DNA of 63,021 nt, the filler included, from Octopus bimaculoides (lineage: Eukaryota), in assembly GCF_001194135.2 (NCBI RefSeq). It is 3 parts of 3 records of this genome, joined end to end, with 100 filler letters (N's around TTAATTAATTAA, not from the genome) between each part and the next. Parts side by side here need not be neighbours in the genome. Positions count along the whole stretch, not along the records: positions 1 to 31,964 come from NC_068981.1; positions 32,065 to 60,971 come from NC_068990.1; 1 more part is not named here. One strand, written 5' to 3'. This document shows, in pieces, positions 26,606 to 38,510 of this stretch. Positions within the stretch are counted from its first letter, which is position 1. Each line of letters starts with the position of its first letter. The translations under genes and the position numbers were made by a program. The notes under the pieces were generated by a model. It searched no databases. It saw only the letters and a program-made list of their open reading frames with translations, and had not been told where the DNA came from.

Positions 26606-28729
26606 ATAGAATTATAATAAAAGGAATAAGAAAAAACCTAATTTTACTATAACAATTGCAAATTAAAATCTAAGGAAGAAATATAATCTTCTTTATTTAA
26701 TAAAAGAGTGTTTTATTTTTATCACAAATGAAAACGGATACCAAAAACAACTAAGTCAATTAAGATAGGACTTAGATATTTTTGTCACAATTTACTTGAT
26801 ATGAAAGATTTCACAGCGGCGCCGAACTTGCCATAAATGGACAGAAGAGCTGAGAATTTGAGAAAGAAAGACAAACTGCATTGGAAATAGCAATAAGGAA
26901 ACAGGAGAAGTTATTTTCTTATGGGAAAATTAATATATTTTACAAACTGATAGTCTGTAAAATTATTAAGTTGCACACATTTAGCACTACTTGAAAATTA
27001 ATAAGCCTTTCGACAATATAGACAAATACCATTTAATGCCAAGTGGTATTCGCTATATTGTTTCCTAAACCAAAGAGCTTGAATGAGATACAATATAATA
27101 GACAATCACTCACATGAACACCTCATAAATTATGTCCAAGAGAATATGTCAGCCGCATGACAGACCACATTGACAGGAATTATACAGGAAACAGAAAAAG
27201 AACTACTTGATATAGGAAACCAATTAGATATAGCTTGTGTAACACAAAGAATCACAAGACCTAGCAGTATGATTGGTGCATCGTGATTTTATACCTATAT
27301 GATCATATTGGAGGATGTGTAATTTCTGATAAAATTATTATGATTAAATAGTGAACAAAAGCTTTACACATCTTCTGTGGGGAAGAACAAAGAAGGTACT
27401 GGATTGCAGTCGTATGAGAATACTTATATAAGTAGTTTACTACAACTGAATTAGATTTTCTTTCGATGAATTTGCATTTACAATGCTACATGAAAAGATA
27501 AAGAGTTCACTGACGTAAATAATGAAATATTACTCTGTTTTACACAGAAATTTACTGTTAAAGAACTTAACATGGGATTAAGTAATATAAGCATTAACAT
27601 TTTTACAGTAATCCTATGGCGAGATAAACTGTATAATGGATTTTATTACTATCATTAATTAATATGCAAAAGTAAAACTACTAACACGAGACGAGAAATT
27701 AAGAGAAACTGAGTGACGTCAGTTATACGATTGTTATGAAGTGGATACACACACACATAGACACACAGACACACATACAGATACACACGCAGACAAATAG
27801 ACAGACAGACACACACATACACAAATAATCACGCACGCACGTACACGCACACACACACTCACACACACACATATACGTATATATAAAGAAAATTTGTGAG
27901 AAGCTATAAAATTTATTGCTTGAAGACAATGTCAAAAACTTCTATTTCAAAATCTACTCGTAAATGCAAATGCTGCAAAAGCATGAAGTTCTTGTTTTTG
28001 TTGTTTTCTTTGGGGTTTAAACCGAAATTATATTTGACTAAACTGATCTATGTTCAAAGGTAACGTAGTTATAACCACGATAGTGTCTACTCTATCTTCT
28101 AAGACAGATTTGCTTGCTATTTCTAGAATGCAGCTCAACCGATTACGTAACTACCCCTTCATTGTCTCGAACTTCGTGTTAAATACACAAAAAGTGGAAG
28201 TTGCTGTTTTTGTAAATCATGGTCTTGTGTAAAAATTCCAGACGGTCATTTCGATACAAGAGCTTCCAGTTGAAAAGAACAATAAAAATATCACCACCAA
28301 CAACTATAACGACATACGACAGCAGGACGAAAATCAGCAAATATACTGAAGAAACTCACTTAAAACAATAAGAGAAAAAAAAAGATCTAAATAAAAACTG
28401 GCGATGTTGTTAATGTTTAAGGCCACCAGGCGAGCTAGAGGTGCAGGGAAGACTTATCTTATTGATCTTTAAACTAAAGAATCCCGATTAGAATCTTGAC
28501 TACGAATGACTCTTCAAAAAATATGTTCGTTTTAGCATTTAACAATGATCTCCGTATTACTATTATTCTCGTAGTATTTGTCGTTCAGCTGCAGGTTTGT
28601 ATTCACTGAACTGGCCTTTCATAAAAAAAGCATTGTCTCTAGCACTGCTTACCCAAGACCACATTACCACATTTGGCCGCCGTTTTCATGAAGGTCAATT
28701 GTAATCCCAGGGTGCTTTGCTTGTTCAAG

Positions 28730-28949
28730 TACGAGGGGTTGCTGAAAAGTTTCTGGCTTTGGGTAAAAGAACTGCCGGAGGATCAGTTAATTATGATTTT
28801 GTTCAAAATATTCGAGTCTCAGATTCACACACTTATTGCAGGGGTCCTTCGGTTTTTCTAATGTCTGTAAAAGAACTCGGAAGGTTGGGCCTCCAACTAG
28901 GCCTTCGGAGATACCCATAAAACCAGGAACTTTTTAGTACAACCTCGTA
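28730..28949. mobile_element. Mariner-type MITE with TA TSD
   Basis: TA-cgaggggttgctgaaaagtttctgg at the left and ccaggaactttttagtacaacctcg-TA at the right form ~28-bp TIRs; the interior is homologous to 33797-34017. Confidence 0.85.
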
Positions 28950-30149
28950 TATCGGTTGACTCCACAGGAATCCTCGCTGATGTTGTTAAAAAGTCAAAGA
29001 TCTATACAACAAGTTTCAAAACGATTCGGTCATCCCAACGAACACAAAACGGACGTCTGGATATCAAACCTACTGTGGGTTACTTCGTTCAAATTTAACT
29101 GTCTGGTTAGCGTTTGTTCCTGGCAATATGATTTATATTGTGTTATGGTATTGCCTTAAAGTGTAGGTTATAAAATAAAGTTTTCATCATAATGTACACG
29201 GTTGAGATTTTCATCAAAATTTGATAACCATATTATGCACCCGCTGCTTTTGTTTTTCTATCCCCTCTCTCTCTCTCCCTCTCTAATTCTATTTTTTTCC
29301 TGTAGTAATTCATAAATTTGTTAACATATTCATCTGTTTCTGAGTAGCACTATGATAGTATAGTTACACTATTCTACCATAGACCGAATAGTTATTGTCG
29401 GTTAAGTAACTGCACTATACACAAGGGGAAATACGGGGATCAAAGACATGGGGACAAACCGTTGTTTGCTCATCCTGACAGCAATCAGAGTATCGGTGTT
29501 AACCAGCTAACATATTCACGAGAACTCAAAACGTAAGCAAGCCGCAAAAGTTAAATGAAATAAACTAGCAGAGAAACCCATGTTGGTTCCAAGAACACAG
29601 ACACATACACACACATGTCGGTCGTCCTCTAGATTTCTAGCATAACCGTCTTCTAATTGAAATTATATACCTGTAACGAAACCCTTGTTCATATCTCTAC
29701 CATGGACTCTCATATCATTACCGAGACAAGCTTGCTTTTTATTTTTTTTTGATTTTATGACAAATGTATCTCATAATTTTGCCAAGAACCTCAGTGGAAG
29801 CGGCGGCAGCAGCTTCTTATGCATTTATGTTGTTGGTCAACGCTTACTTTTTCCTTCACGTAACCCTTCACGCCCCGACCAGTGGAAGAAAAGTAAAATG
29901 TGTACAGAATATCATATTTTATACAAAGAAAACAGTTACAATCTTTACTTACTTGCAAAACAAATTAATAGTAATAACAAAAAAAAAACACTAGAATTTT
30001 AACAGGATTAAATATATCGAGTAGAAAGATTGTCAATAGCAACAACAGCAGCATAAACAACAACAATAATTAAAACAACAACAACAACAACAACAAAAAC
30101 AACAACAGCAGCAACAACAACAACAACGACAACAACAACGACAACAACA

Positions 30150-30420
30150 ACAAGTCCGTTGATGGTAAATCCTTCTGCATTACCAGCATACTGTACCAGG
30201 TCTTGCTCGCTTCTTATCAAATACTCTGCGCTATTTCTTCTTTCATTGTTGATGCACTCCTGTAAGCTAAGCAGCTCACGTCCACCTTCGCCCCTTTTCA
30301 TGTAGAGCCTGTGTACGTTCACATTATGGTGGAGAATCAGTCCTTCCGTTTCGGCTTTAATTGTGAGCTTTTGTGCCATTGTTGGCTTTTATTTTGGATC
30401 ACTTCCTCTCTGTCAAGCCT
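30150..30420 (-). mobile_element. R4/Dong-clade LINE fragments, rearranged
   Basis: Minus ORF carries KAETEGLIL followed by HHNVNVHRLYMKRGEGGRELLSLQECI. Confidence 0.75.
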
Positions 30421-30429
30421 TGCAGGGTA

Positions 30430-31632
30430 TTGATCATTCGATTTCGATTAGCAAATATTTATATTTTCTGAGCTAATCAAATTCTTTTACCGAGGTATTA
30501 TGGTCATAAGGTATGCTCATGTCAATCAATAAACAGACTTTACTGCTTTTTGCCTTTTACAACAATATCTGGTTTATTTGCCTTGATGGTCCAGTCTTTA
30601 CCTAGTGGGAAATCCCAAAGTATAGTTAAATTTTCACGCTCAGTTACAGCCTCAGGGTGGTGTTTGTACCATATGTCAACAGTTTTGATTTTATGATGCT
30701 GACACGTCTTTATTTGTACCCTACAGGTGCTAAAACCTTACATCTAAATATTAGGTGGTCGAGTGTTTCTATCCCATCGTTGCAGTATCAGTACTTTTGG
30801 TCTACACCATTTTTCATTAGATTGGCTTGATAGTTCCGGATCATAAGCTCTGATCTTGGGCAGCCAATATAAAGGCTCCACTCTCTGCCTTTAGCCCTGA
30901 GGTCCATAGCCACTGATTGGTGTGCTTCTGGTCTACATCAGCTTGTTTTGTACGGGCCGCATACTTGCCATGCAGAGGTTTCTGTTCCCACCTATCAGCG
31001 CATTTTGCTTTGCAATTGATTTCACCTTCTTTGCAACTACAGTTGCTGCACTTCCCTTATGTTGTTCAACCTGGGTATTATGCATAAGCTCAATTGAACA
31101 TTTTTAGCTCTCCTTCATAAGAAAATGAAGTTTCTTAGGTCTTTCATGTTTTTAAATGAGCTTTAGCACCCAATCGTTAGATGTTTCAAGATAGTTTGCC
31201 AGTCCAGTTGTGGTGGGTGTTTTTAGGAGATTTCAAATTGGGTCAAGCCTCGATCTCCTTGAGCTCTGGGTAGGTAAAGACGATCTGCGTCTGCGTTTGG
31301 TTGGTGCATCTTATTGCAAGTCAGCAGCTTACGGATTTTCCTGCCAATCTTCCTTATTTCGCTCATATTCCAGTTCAACACATTGAAACTGTAAATAACG
31401 ACTGGAACTGCTAAGGAATTTATAGCTCACACCTTGTTATGTGCATTTAACTCAGATTTAAGGACTGCTCGAAGTCTCCTGTAACACTCCTACCTGATCT
31501 TCTCTTTCATACTTACATGCTGAATGCCAGAGCCCTCATTTATTCCAACATATTTCTAAGTTTGTTCCTGCTCCAACACCACCAGAATGTGAGGTCTTCA
31601 TTTTCTCTTTGTGGAAAGTGGCCTTGGCACAT
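30430..31632 (-). mobile_element. R4/Dong-clade LINE (RT end, zinc knuckle, RLE), decayed
   Basis: KSELNAHNKV*AINSLAVPVVIYSF, HQPNADADRLYLPRAQGDRGL, EQKPLHGKY, LKAESGAFILAAQDQSL, ETLDHLIFRC, TIKANKPDIVV, LIDMSIPYD. Confidence 0.9.
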
Positions 31633-31964
31633 TATTATTATTATTAATATTATTATTATTATTATTATTGTTCAGTAGTTTTATTTTTATAACGTGCTTT
31701 CACTTCACTACCGAGCGCAGCTCTGTGCGCCTTTGGTATGTGCTGTGGTTTGCTGTGGTGCTCTTATGTTTACTGTATTGAAAGTGTTTTGCGTAGAATG
31801 TGTGCAGTACACAGTAGTGCAATTTTCTGTATGTTATATATATTTGTAAGTCCTGGTATTTTTGTTATGTATTTGTCTGAATATTTTTTTATTATACCTA
31901 AGGCACCTACTATGATAGGAATTGTTTCTGTTTTTAGAGTCCACATTCGAGTTATCTCTATTTC
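31633..31964 (-). mobile_element. R4/Dong-clade LINE 3' end with (TAA)n tail
   Basis: EIEITRMWTLKTETIPIIVGALGIIKK...QKIALLCTAHILRKTLSIQ*, then a 3' UTR and (AAT)n at 31633-31676. Confidence 0.9.
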
Positions 31965-32064
31965 NNNNNNNNNNNNNNNNNNNNNNNNNNNNNNNNNNNN
32001 NNNNNNNNTTAATTAATTAANNNNNNNNNNNNNNNNNNNNNNNNNNNNNNNNNNNNNNNNNNNN

Positions 32065-32146
<82 letters not shown>

Positions 32147-32469
32147 TACATATCTAATGCACATGTAGCATGTATTCTTTCGGGTGATTACTGCTGTTCA
32201 TACACATGTATGTTAATTTATGTCGGTTAAATAGAAATAAGTTAGTTGGCCTGTGACATTGTTCACTCAGGCTTTACGTGACACTGAGGAATACAGACAG
32301 CTGCAGTGAGGATTTTAAAGGGATTTATTTCACAAATCCTTTACATAAGTATATATAAATATTTATATATCTATATTTGCATACACATACATACATATAC
32401 ATGTATGTGTATACATATGTCTATCTATCTATGCATACATAAATATTTATGTATATATATGTATATAAG

Positions 32470-32510
<41 letters not shown>

Positions 32511-33016
32511 NNNNNNNNNNNNNNNNNNNNNNNNNNNNNNNNNNNNNNNNNNNNNNNNNNNNNNNNNNNNNNNNNNNNNNNNNNNNNNNNNNNNNNNNNN
32601 NNNNNNNNNNNNNNNNNNNNNNNNNNNNNNNNNNNNNNNNNNNNNNNNNNNNNNNNNNNNNNNNNNNNNNNNNNNNNNNNNNNNNNNNNNNNNNNNNNNN
32701 NNNNNNNNNNNNNNNNNNNNNNNNNTACATGTACACACACATACATATACATAGACACACACACTCACACACACACACTCACACACACACTCACACAAAC
32801 ACATATATATATATACAATTATGCATGCATGCGTTTATATATATAAACATATATATACACACATCTATACATACACACATATGTATATATACATGTTCAC
32901 ACACATACATGCACATATATGCACGCACATGCATACACACATATATTCATATATACATACTCACATATACATGCACATACATACACATACATACACATAC
33001 ATACACATATGTACAC

Positions 33017-33049
<33 letters not shown>

Positions 33050-33098
33050 AACAAATATACACATGCATATACAGGCACACATACACACACATACATGT

Positions 33099-33134
<36 letters not shown>

Positions 33135-33796
33135 ATGCATACACTCACACACATGTTTACTCTTTCTATACATGCAATACCTTTAATCACAAAGGGCTTC
33201 CATACATGTTGAAACAAGAGCAGTTTTCGTTTGCTCACAAAACAAATAAAAAAGCAAGTACAAAAATACAAAAAAAAAACAACAGTTCCGTGAAAATGGG
33301 CTGACAGATTCCGTGGGTGGACTTGTAGGGGGGGGGGATGCCAATGTATTCAACCATATGCGCTTAACTTTATGTGGTTCGGTAGCCGTGTAATTCTGCA
33401 ATTGTGTCAGTATATGATACGGTTTCCATATAAAACTTATGTGTATGTCACTGTGTATTTATATGTATATGTGTGTATGTGTATGTGTTTGTAGGTATAT
33501 TTCTTTCTCGTGATAAAGCAACGATTATGCGTGTGCATTCACCGGTAACAAAATACAGAGGAGGTGTTTGCCAATGTTTGATGTGTCGATAAATATATAT
33601 ATTTATGGCTTCCTTTAGTCATATAGATTATCACGTGTGTGTGTGTGTGCACGTGTGTGTGTGTGTGCGTGTGTGTGTGTCTGAAGGTTGCATGTGTGGA
33701 AAATATCAACAGTTTTGGCTGTAGGTGTATATGTGTTTGTGTGTATGTGTGTTTATATCATCACTGTGTGCGCCATTGTGTATGTGTATTTGTATG

Positions 33797-34017
33797 TACA
33801 AGGGGGTGCTGAAAAGTTCCTGGCTTTAAGTAAAAGAAAATACAGGAGGATCAGTTAATTATGATTTTATTCAACATATTCCCTTCTCAGATTCACACAC
33901 TTATTGCAGGGGTCTCTCAATTTTTCAAAGCCCAGTAAAGGATCTCAAAAGATTGGGTTTCCAACCAGGCCTTTTGTGATACCCTTAAATCCAGGAATTT
34001 TTCAGGAATCCTTCATA
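33797..34017. mobile_element. Mariner-type MITE, second copy
   Basis: TA-caagggggtgctgaaaagttcctgg ... ccaggaatttttcaggaatccttca-TA; shares ggatcagttaattatgatttt and tctcagattcacacacttattgcagggg with 28730. Confidence 0.85.
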
Positions 34018-34231
34018 TATATATCCATAAAATATATTGCTAACTTTGCCATTGTTCTCTTTACCCTTTTCTCTCTTTATACATACACACGCTAATACAC
34101 GACCTATGTTATAATCCCCACTCTTGTTTATACAACGAATGGGGCAAAACTAGCCGGTATACAGCACTTACTCGATATTACCTGTATCTTTGGGTTTGGT
34201 TGAATCCAATACCCTTCTTAACCTTATATAT

Positions 34232-34283
<52 letters not shown>

Positions 34284-34537
34284 TACATGCATATTGAGTG
34301 AACTAGGATACTCAAAGACTCCCTGAAACCTGAATCACTGAATACTTGCCAAAAAATCTTCCTACCTTGCATCCATTTCAAGCGCTATCTGGAAGAGACC
34401 TTATGAATCAAGGCCAGCTCAAGGGACGAGTCCCTTGTTCCTACTCTCTCGGCCCATAAATAGCTGGTCTCAGGGAGATAACCGATCTTCACTGATGCCA
34501 GGCTGTTTATTCTTTGATGACCAATTGACCAAATGAC

Positions 34538-34790
34538 CAATAGCTGCGAGAATAAGAATTGGATGGGCAAAGTTCAGAGAGCTCCTACTTCTGCTGGTAA
34601 CAAAGGCCTCTCCCTCTGAGTGAAAGGTAGACTGTATGATGCCTGTGTGTGCACAGCCATGCTACACAGCAGTGAAATATGGGCTGTGACTGCCGAGGAC
34701 ATGCAAAGGTTTAAAAAAAATGAAGCTAGCATGCTTTGCTGGATGTGCAATGTCAGTTTGCATGAACGACAGAGTGTAAGCATTACTATT
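34538..34790 (+). mobile_element. RTE LINE fragment
   Basis: IAARIRIGWAKFRELL...KGRLYDACVCTAMLHSSEIWAVTAEDMQRFKKNEASMLCWMCNVSLHERQS. Confidence 0.9.
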
Positions 34791-34835
34791 TTTAAATCTC
34801 ACAACATGAGATATTCAGCAACAGTACTTTGGAAT

Positions 34836-35184
34836 AAAGATTATTTGCCAATATAACATGGCAGTCCTGGTTTAGGACGAATGTTGCTGTAATTTAGCCC
34901 CAGGAGACACTGTCTCCAGCTGGCTATATGACACGATCTGTGTCCTTATATTCCCCTTGTTTGAAAATATAAGGACAGATTTAAAAACAGTAATTTTTTA
35001 ATTTATAGATCAGTGACTAGCTGTCACTTTGAAAACTATTTATTTCGAAAGGGAATTTGGCACCACCTCTAGCCGAACGATTATTCTGTGCTGATGAAGG
35101 GAAATAACCCGGAAATCGCAATACACAGATATTGTTTAGAGCTGAGTGGGGGTGCGAGATTCCCTTGTTTAAAAATATAAGGAC
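34836..35184 (+). mobile_element. Putative non-autonomous Penelope-type unit (direct repeats plus hammerhead)
   Basis: 23-bp direct repeat at 34954-34976 and 35162-35184, hairpin at 34941-34977 and an internal hammerhead motif; the first ~74 bp recur at 54910-54983. Confidence 0.5.
35085..35129 (+). ncRNA. Minimal type-I hammerhead ribozyme motif, slightly degenerate
   Basis: TCTGTG-CTGATGA-A-GGG aaataa CCC-g-GAAAT-cgca-ATA^CACAGA; 6-bp stem I and a near-palindromic stem III. Confidence 0.6.
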
Positions 35185-35525
35185 TATATATACACACACA
35201 CACACTCATTATATATATTGATACTTATGCATTCATACTTGCACACTCAATTTCTCAGCTACTCACATGTTTTTGTTATTTTATTTTTTTCAAAGTTTTT
35301 AGTCAATGGGCCATGATCATGCTGGAGCACCACCATTAAGGAATTGTAATTGATTATATTGATCTGCAGTAATTATTTCAGTCTAATAATTATTTATTTG
35401 ATCTCTATTTATTGAACAGCTAACTTAGCGTTTTATGAGAATCTATGCAATATGAATGCACGAGTTTAACCTGCTGTAAAAATGGAAATAAACATATGAT
35501 TCGTCAAATCCCCTTGACATAGACC

Positions 35526-35572
<47 letters not shown>

Positions 35573-35598
35573 TGATGATGATGATAATAGTAATAAAA

Positions 35599-35660
<62 letters not shown>

Positions 35661-35671
35661 TATAATAATAA

Positions 35672-35940
35672 TCGTTTAACGTCTGTTTTCCATGCTGGCA
35701 TAGGTTGGACAGTTTGACTGGGATCGGGAAAGCCAAGAGGTAATGTCTCTACAGCTGGATGCCCTTCCTAATGCCAACCACTCCGAGAGTGTATTGGGTG
35801 CTTTTTATGTGCCACTGGCACAGGAGCTAGTCAACGGGGGTGCTGGCATCGGTCATGTTTGAATGGTGCTTTTTACGTGCCGCCAGCACGGGGACCACAA
35901 CTACAAATTCCATTTGATTGTGATTTGATTTCATTTTGAT
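35672..35940 (+). mobile_element. Repeat family E (RTE-type retroposon 3' end, read antisense)
   Basis: tcgtttaacgtctgttttccatgctggcatagg...ctacagctggatgcccttcctaatgccaaccactcc; copies near 38360, 41770, 43845, 54785, 55565 and 57465. Confidence 0.75.
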
Positions 35941-35947
35941 GTTGATG

Positions 35948-36008
<61 letters not shown>

Positions 36009-36187
36009 CAACAGTGTTCTTTCACTGCTCTGACCAGCCAGTAGCCGAAAACACAGCCAACACTAATACAACCCAGCAGATCAACTGAAAAATAACTCTC
36101 AAACACTGGAATATCTATAATTTCCTTCAAAATAAGTTAAAGGACTTACATATCTACAGTTTTCAAACACACAACCGAGCAGCTTTA

Positions 36188-36427
36188 AAATCTTAATATC
36201 TACAACTTCTGTGAATACCTATCCTTTCCTTTCTTCCTGAGTATTCGAAAATGTAAACATCCTTTTTATTCTAAGAACACAACAGTTTTCTCTGTTCGGA
36301 CATACAAAAGATCATCTTTAGTGAATTTTCAAACTTTAATATCTACAATTTTCTGTGGAAGTTTCATCTTTCTTTCCTTCCTGACTACCTGAATATGTAA
36401 ACATACCTTTTATTGCAGTAACACAAT
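36188..36427 (+). repeat. Diverged tandem duplication, period 143 bp
   Basis: ttaatatctacaa...ttcctga...atgtaaacat..ttttatt...aacacaa at 36193 and 36336. Confidence 0.75.
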
Positions 36428-36495
36428 TAAATGCACGGGAAAAAAATTTTTTAATTTTTAAAAATTAAGGAAGTAAGCCCCTGCCAATATATACG

Positions 36496-36550
36496 AACTG
36501 CACAATTACAAAAACTGCAAATTACAAAAACTGCACAATTACAAAAACTG
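36496..36550 (+). repeat. 17-bp minisatellite, about 3.3 copies (aactgcacaattacaaa)
   Basis: Direct reading. Confidence 0.9.
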
Positions 36551-36813
36551 TAAGCCACAGTAAAACTTATAAAAAGAAAAGAAAAAAAATCAGAAATTCA
36601 AAAATCAACGATGTGAACATCAGCATTTATATATNNNNNNNNNNNNNNNNNNNNNNNNNNNNNNNNNNNNNNNNNNNNNNNNNNNNNNNNNNNNNNNNNN
36701 NNNNNNNNNNNNNNNNNNNNNNNNNNNNNNNNNNNNNNNNNNNNNNNATATAAATATGTATATATATAAATTTAATGAATGGAGTAAAACGCATATTTTA
36801 ACTGCATACTTTT

Positions 36814-36901
36814 ATTTCCGACATATGTTTCGAAGAATTACAATTTATGCGATCCATAGGAATCGACGATGTTAAAAATGTAAACTTCTCTTCAGGGAAA
36901 T
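36814..36901 (-). ncRNA. Type-I hammerhead ribozyme with canonical core, extended stem II and palindromic stem III
   Basis: Minus strand: ATTTCC-CTGAAGA-GAAG..CTTC-GAAAC-ATAT-GTC^GGAAAT. Perfect 6-bp stem I, G10.1:C11.1 pair, GUC triplet and palindrome ACATATGT. Confidence 0.85.
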
Positions 36902-37129
36902 GTATGGGAACCAGCTTAAACGTAAGACATTATAACCGAATATGAGAACTATAGTTGGAGAAGGTTATGATGTAATTTATTTGAAAAGACCGTTGGAGAT
37001 TAGGATGCTACCAGATAGTACGTTGGACAAGAAGGGAAGAAAAGAAGAAAAGAAAAAAGAATATATATATACACATTATTTTATTTTTTTTCTATCAGAA
37101 TAAGATAGAATAAGGTGAACTGGTTCTTT

Positions 37130-38021
37130 TCAAGACCAAGGTCAGCGCCAGACTATATTTTTTGATGACCAAGTGACCAATAGCAGTAGCCCAACATGTC
37201 ATGTATGTAAACAAAATGAAACCATTGATCACGTTTTCTCCATGAGCAGTCTACTTGCACCCTACAAAATATCTCAACAGGCATGATAGAGCAGCACAGT
37301 ATATTTAGTGGGTAATTTGCAAAAACCTGGACCTGCCCCATGATAAAAACTGGTGGGAAAACAAACCACCTCCAGTGATTGAAAATGATCATATCTCACT
37401 CCTCTGGAACTTCACCGTTCAAACTGACAGAAAGATAGATGCAAAAAGATCAGACATTATATCGAAAGACTTCAGACATAAATCATGCCTCCTCATTGAT
37501 ATCACTGTCCCAATCGATATAAATGTATCTGTCAATACCTACCAAAAACTGAACAAGTATAAAGATCTTGAAAAAGAGAATGACAAAGTGTGGAATCTGA
37601 AAACTAAAACAGTACCTGTTGCCATAGGTGCCTTAAGAATGATAGCAAAAGGAGCTGATTATTACCTAGTTCAGATACCAGCAAATTCAAAACAGAAGAA
37701 ATTCAAAAATTAATGCTCATAGGAACTGCTCATATCTTAAGAAAAATATTGTCTATGTAATTCCCAAAATATTTTATTCTGTAGCAAACACATTTTACTG
37801 TCATCTTAACATCAAACTCTCATCTTCTAATCAAATTACTTTTAGAACAAACTTCTAGTTTTCTTACATTTTCACAGATGTTCTCTAGAACAATACTTTG
37901 TACAAAACCAAAAATATGGCAACTTAGTCATAACACCAACTTGAAAATCTAACTTGTTATCTCTTCATGTCTCTGGATGAGACATGGAGTCAACTTGCAC
38001 AAATACAGAGAAAAGCCAAAC

Positions 38022-38100
<79 letters not shown>
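37130..38100 (+). mobile_element. R4/Dong-clade LINE 3' portion (zinc knuckle, RLE, 3' UTR, (TAA)n tail)
   Basis: TCHVCKQNETIDHV; ENDHISLLWNFTVQTDRKIDAKRSDII..LIDITVPIDINV..QKLNKYKDL..VPVAIGAL..GTAHILRKILSM*; tail at 38025-38100. Confidence 0.92.
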
Positions 38101-38154
38101 GATGATATCAAAAAATACCTTAGGAATGTGAACCCAGGTTCAAAATTTCTCTAA

Positions 38155-38200
38155 GACACCTGATGAAGGCTGGAGGGTATATCAGCCGAAACGTTGTGGT
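38155..38200 (+). ncRNA. Minimal type-I hammerhead ribozyme motif (Penelope-type)
   Basis: GACAC-CTGATGA-A-GGCTG gagggtatat CAGCC-GAAAC-GTT^GTGGT; 5-bp stem II and a loopless palindromic stem III (AACGTT). Confidence 0.75.
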
Positions 38201-38359
38201 AAAAACAAACAAGATGAAAACAAATGTTCATGAAATGTAAATAATGTACTGAATACTGTGTCATTTACCATGTGGTGAACATGATCAATGTTTTCCTTTG
38301 TGGTGGCAGTTGCAGGAATATTCTTATATTTTAGGATGGTCTTTTTTAAAAAATTTTTT

Positions 38360-38510
38360 TGTCCACTCTGCTGAGTGGTTGGTGTTAGGAAGGGCACCAA
38401 GACGTAAAAACTGTACCGAAAGAGACACAGCCGCCTGGGGCAGTCTTTTGCCTGGCCGGCTCCTGTCAAAGCATCCAGCCCATACCAGCATGGAAGGTAG
38501 GCATTAAACA
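38360..38510 (-). mobile_element. Repeat family E, opposite orientation to the 35672 copy
   Basis: gagtggttggtgttaggaagggcacc...ccataccagcatggaagg...ttaaacaatgatg. Confidence 0.7.

Noticed and set aside
32009-32020. TTAATTAATTAA island inside N runs (also near 61016-61027)
   Set aside because: The identical 12-mer embedded in two gaps is most simply a scaffolding placeholder.
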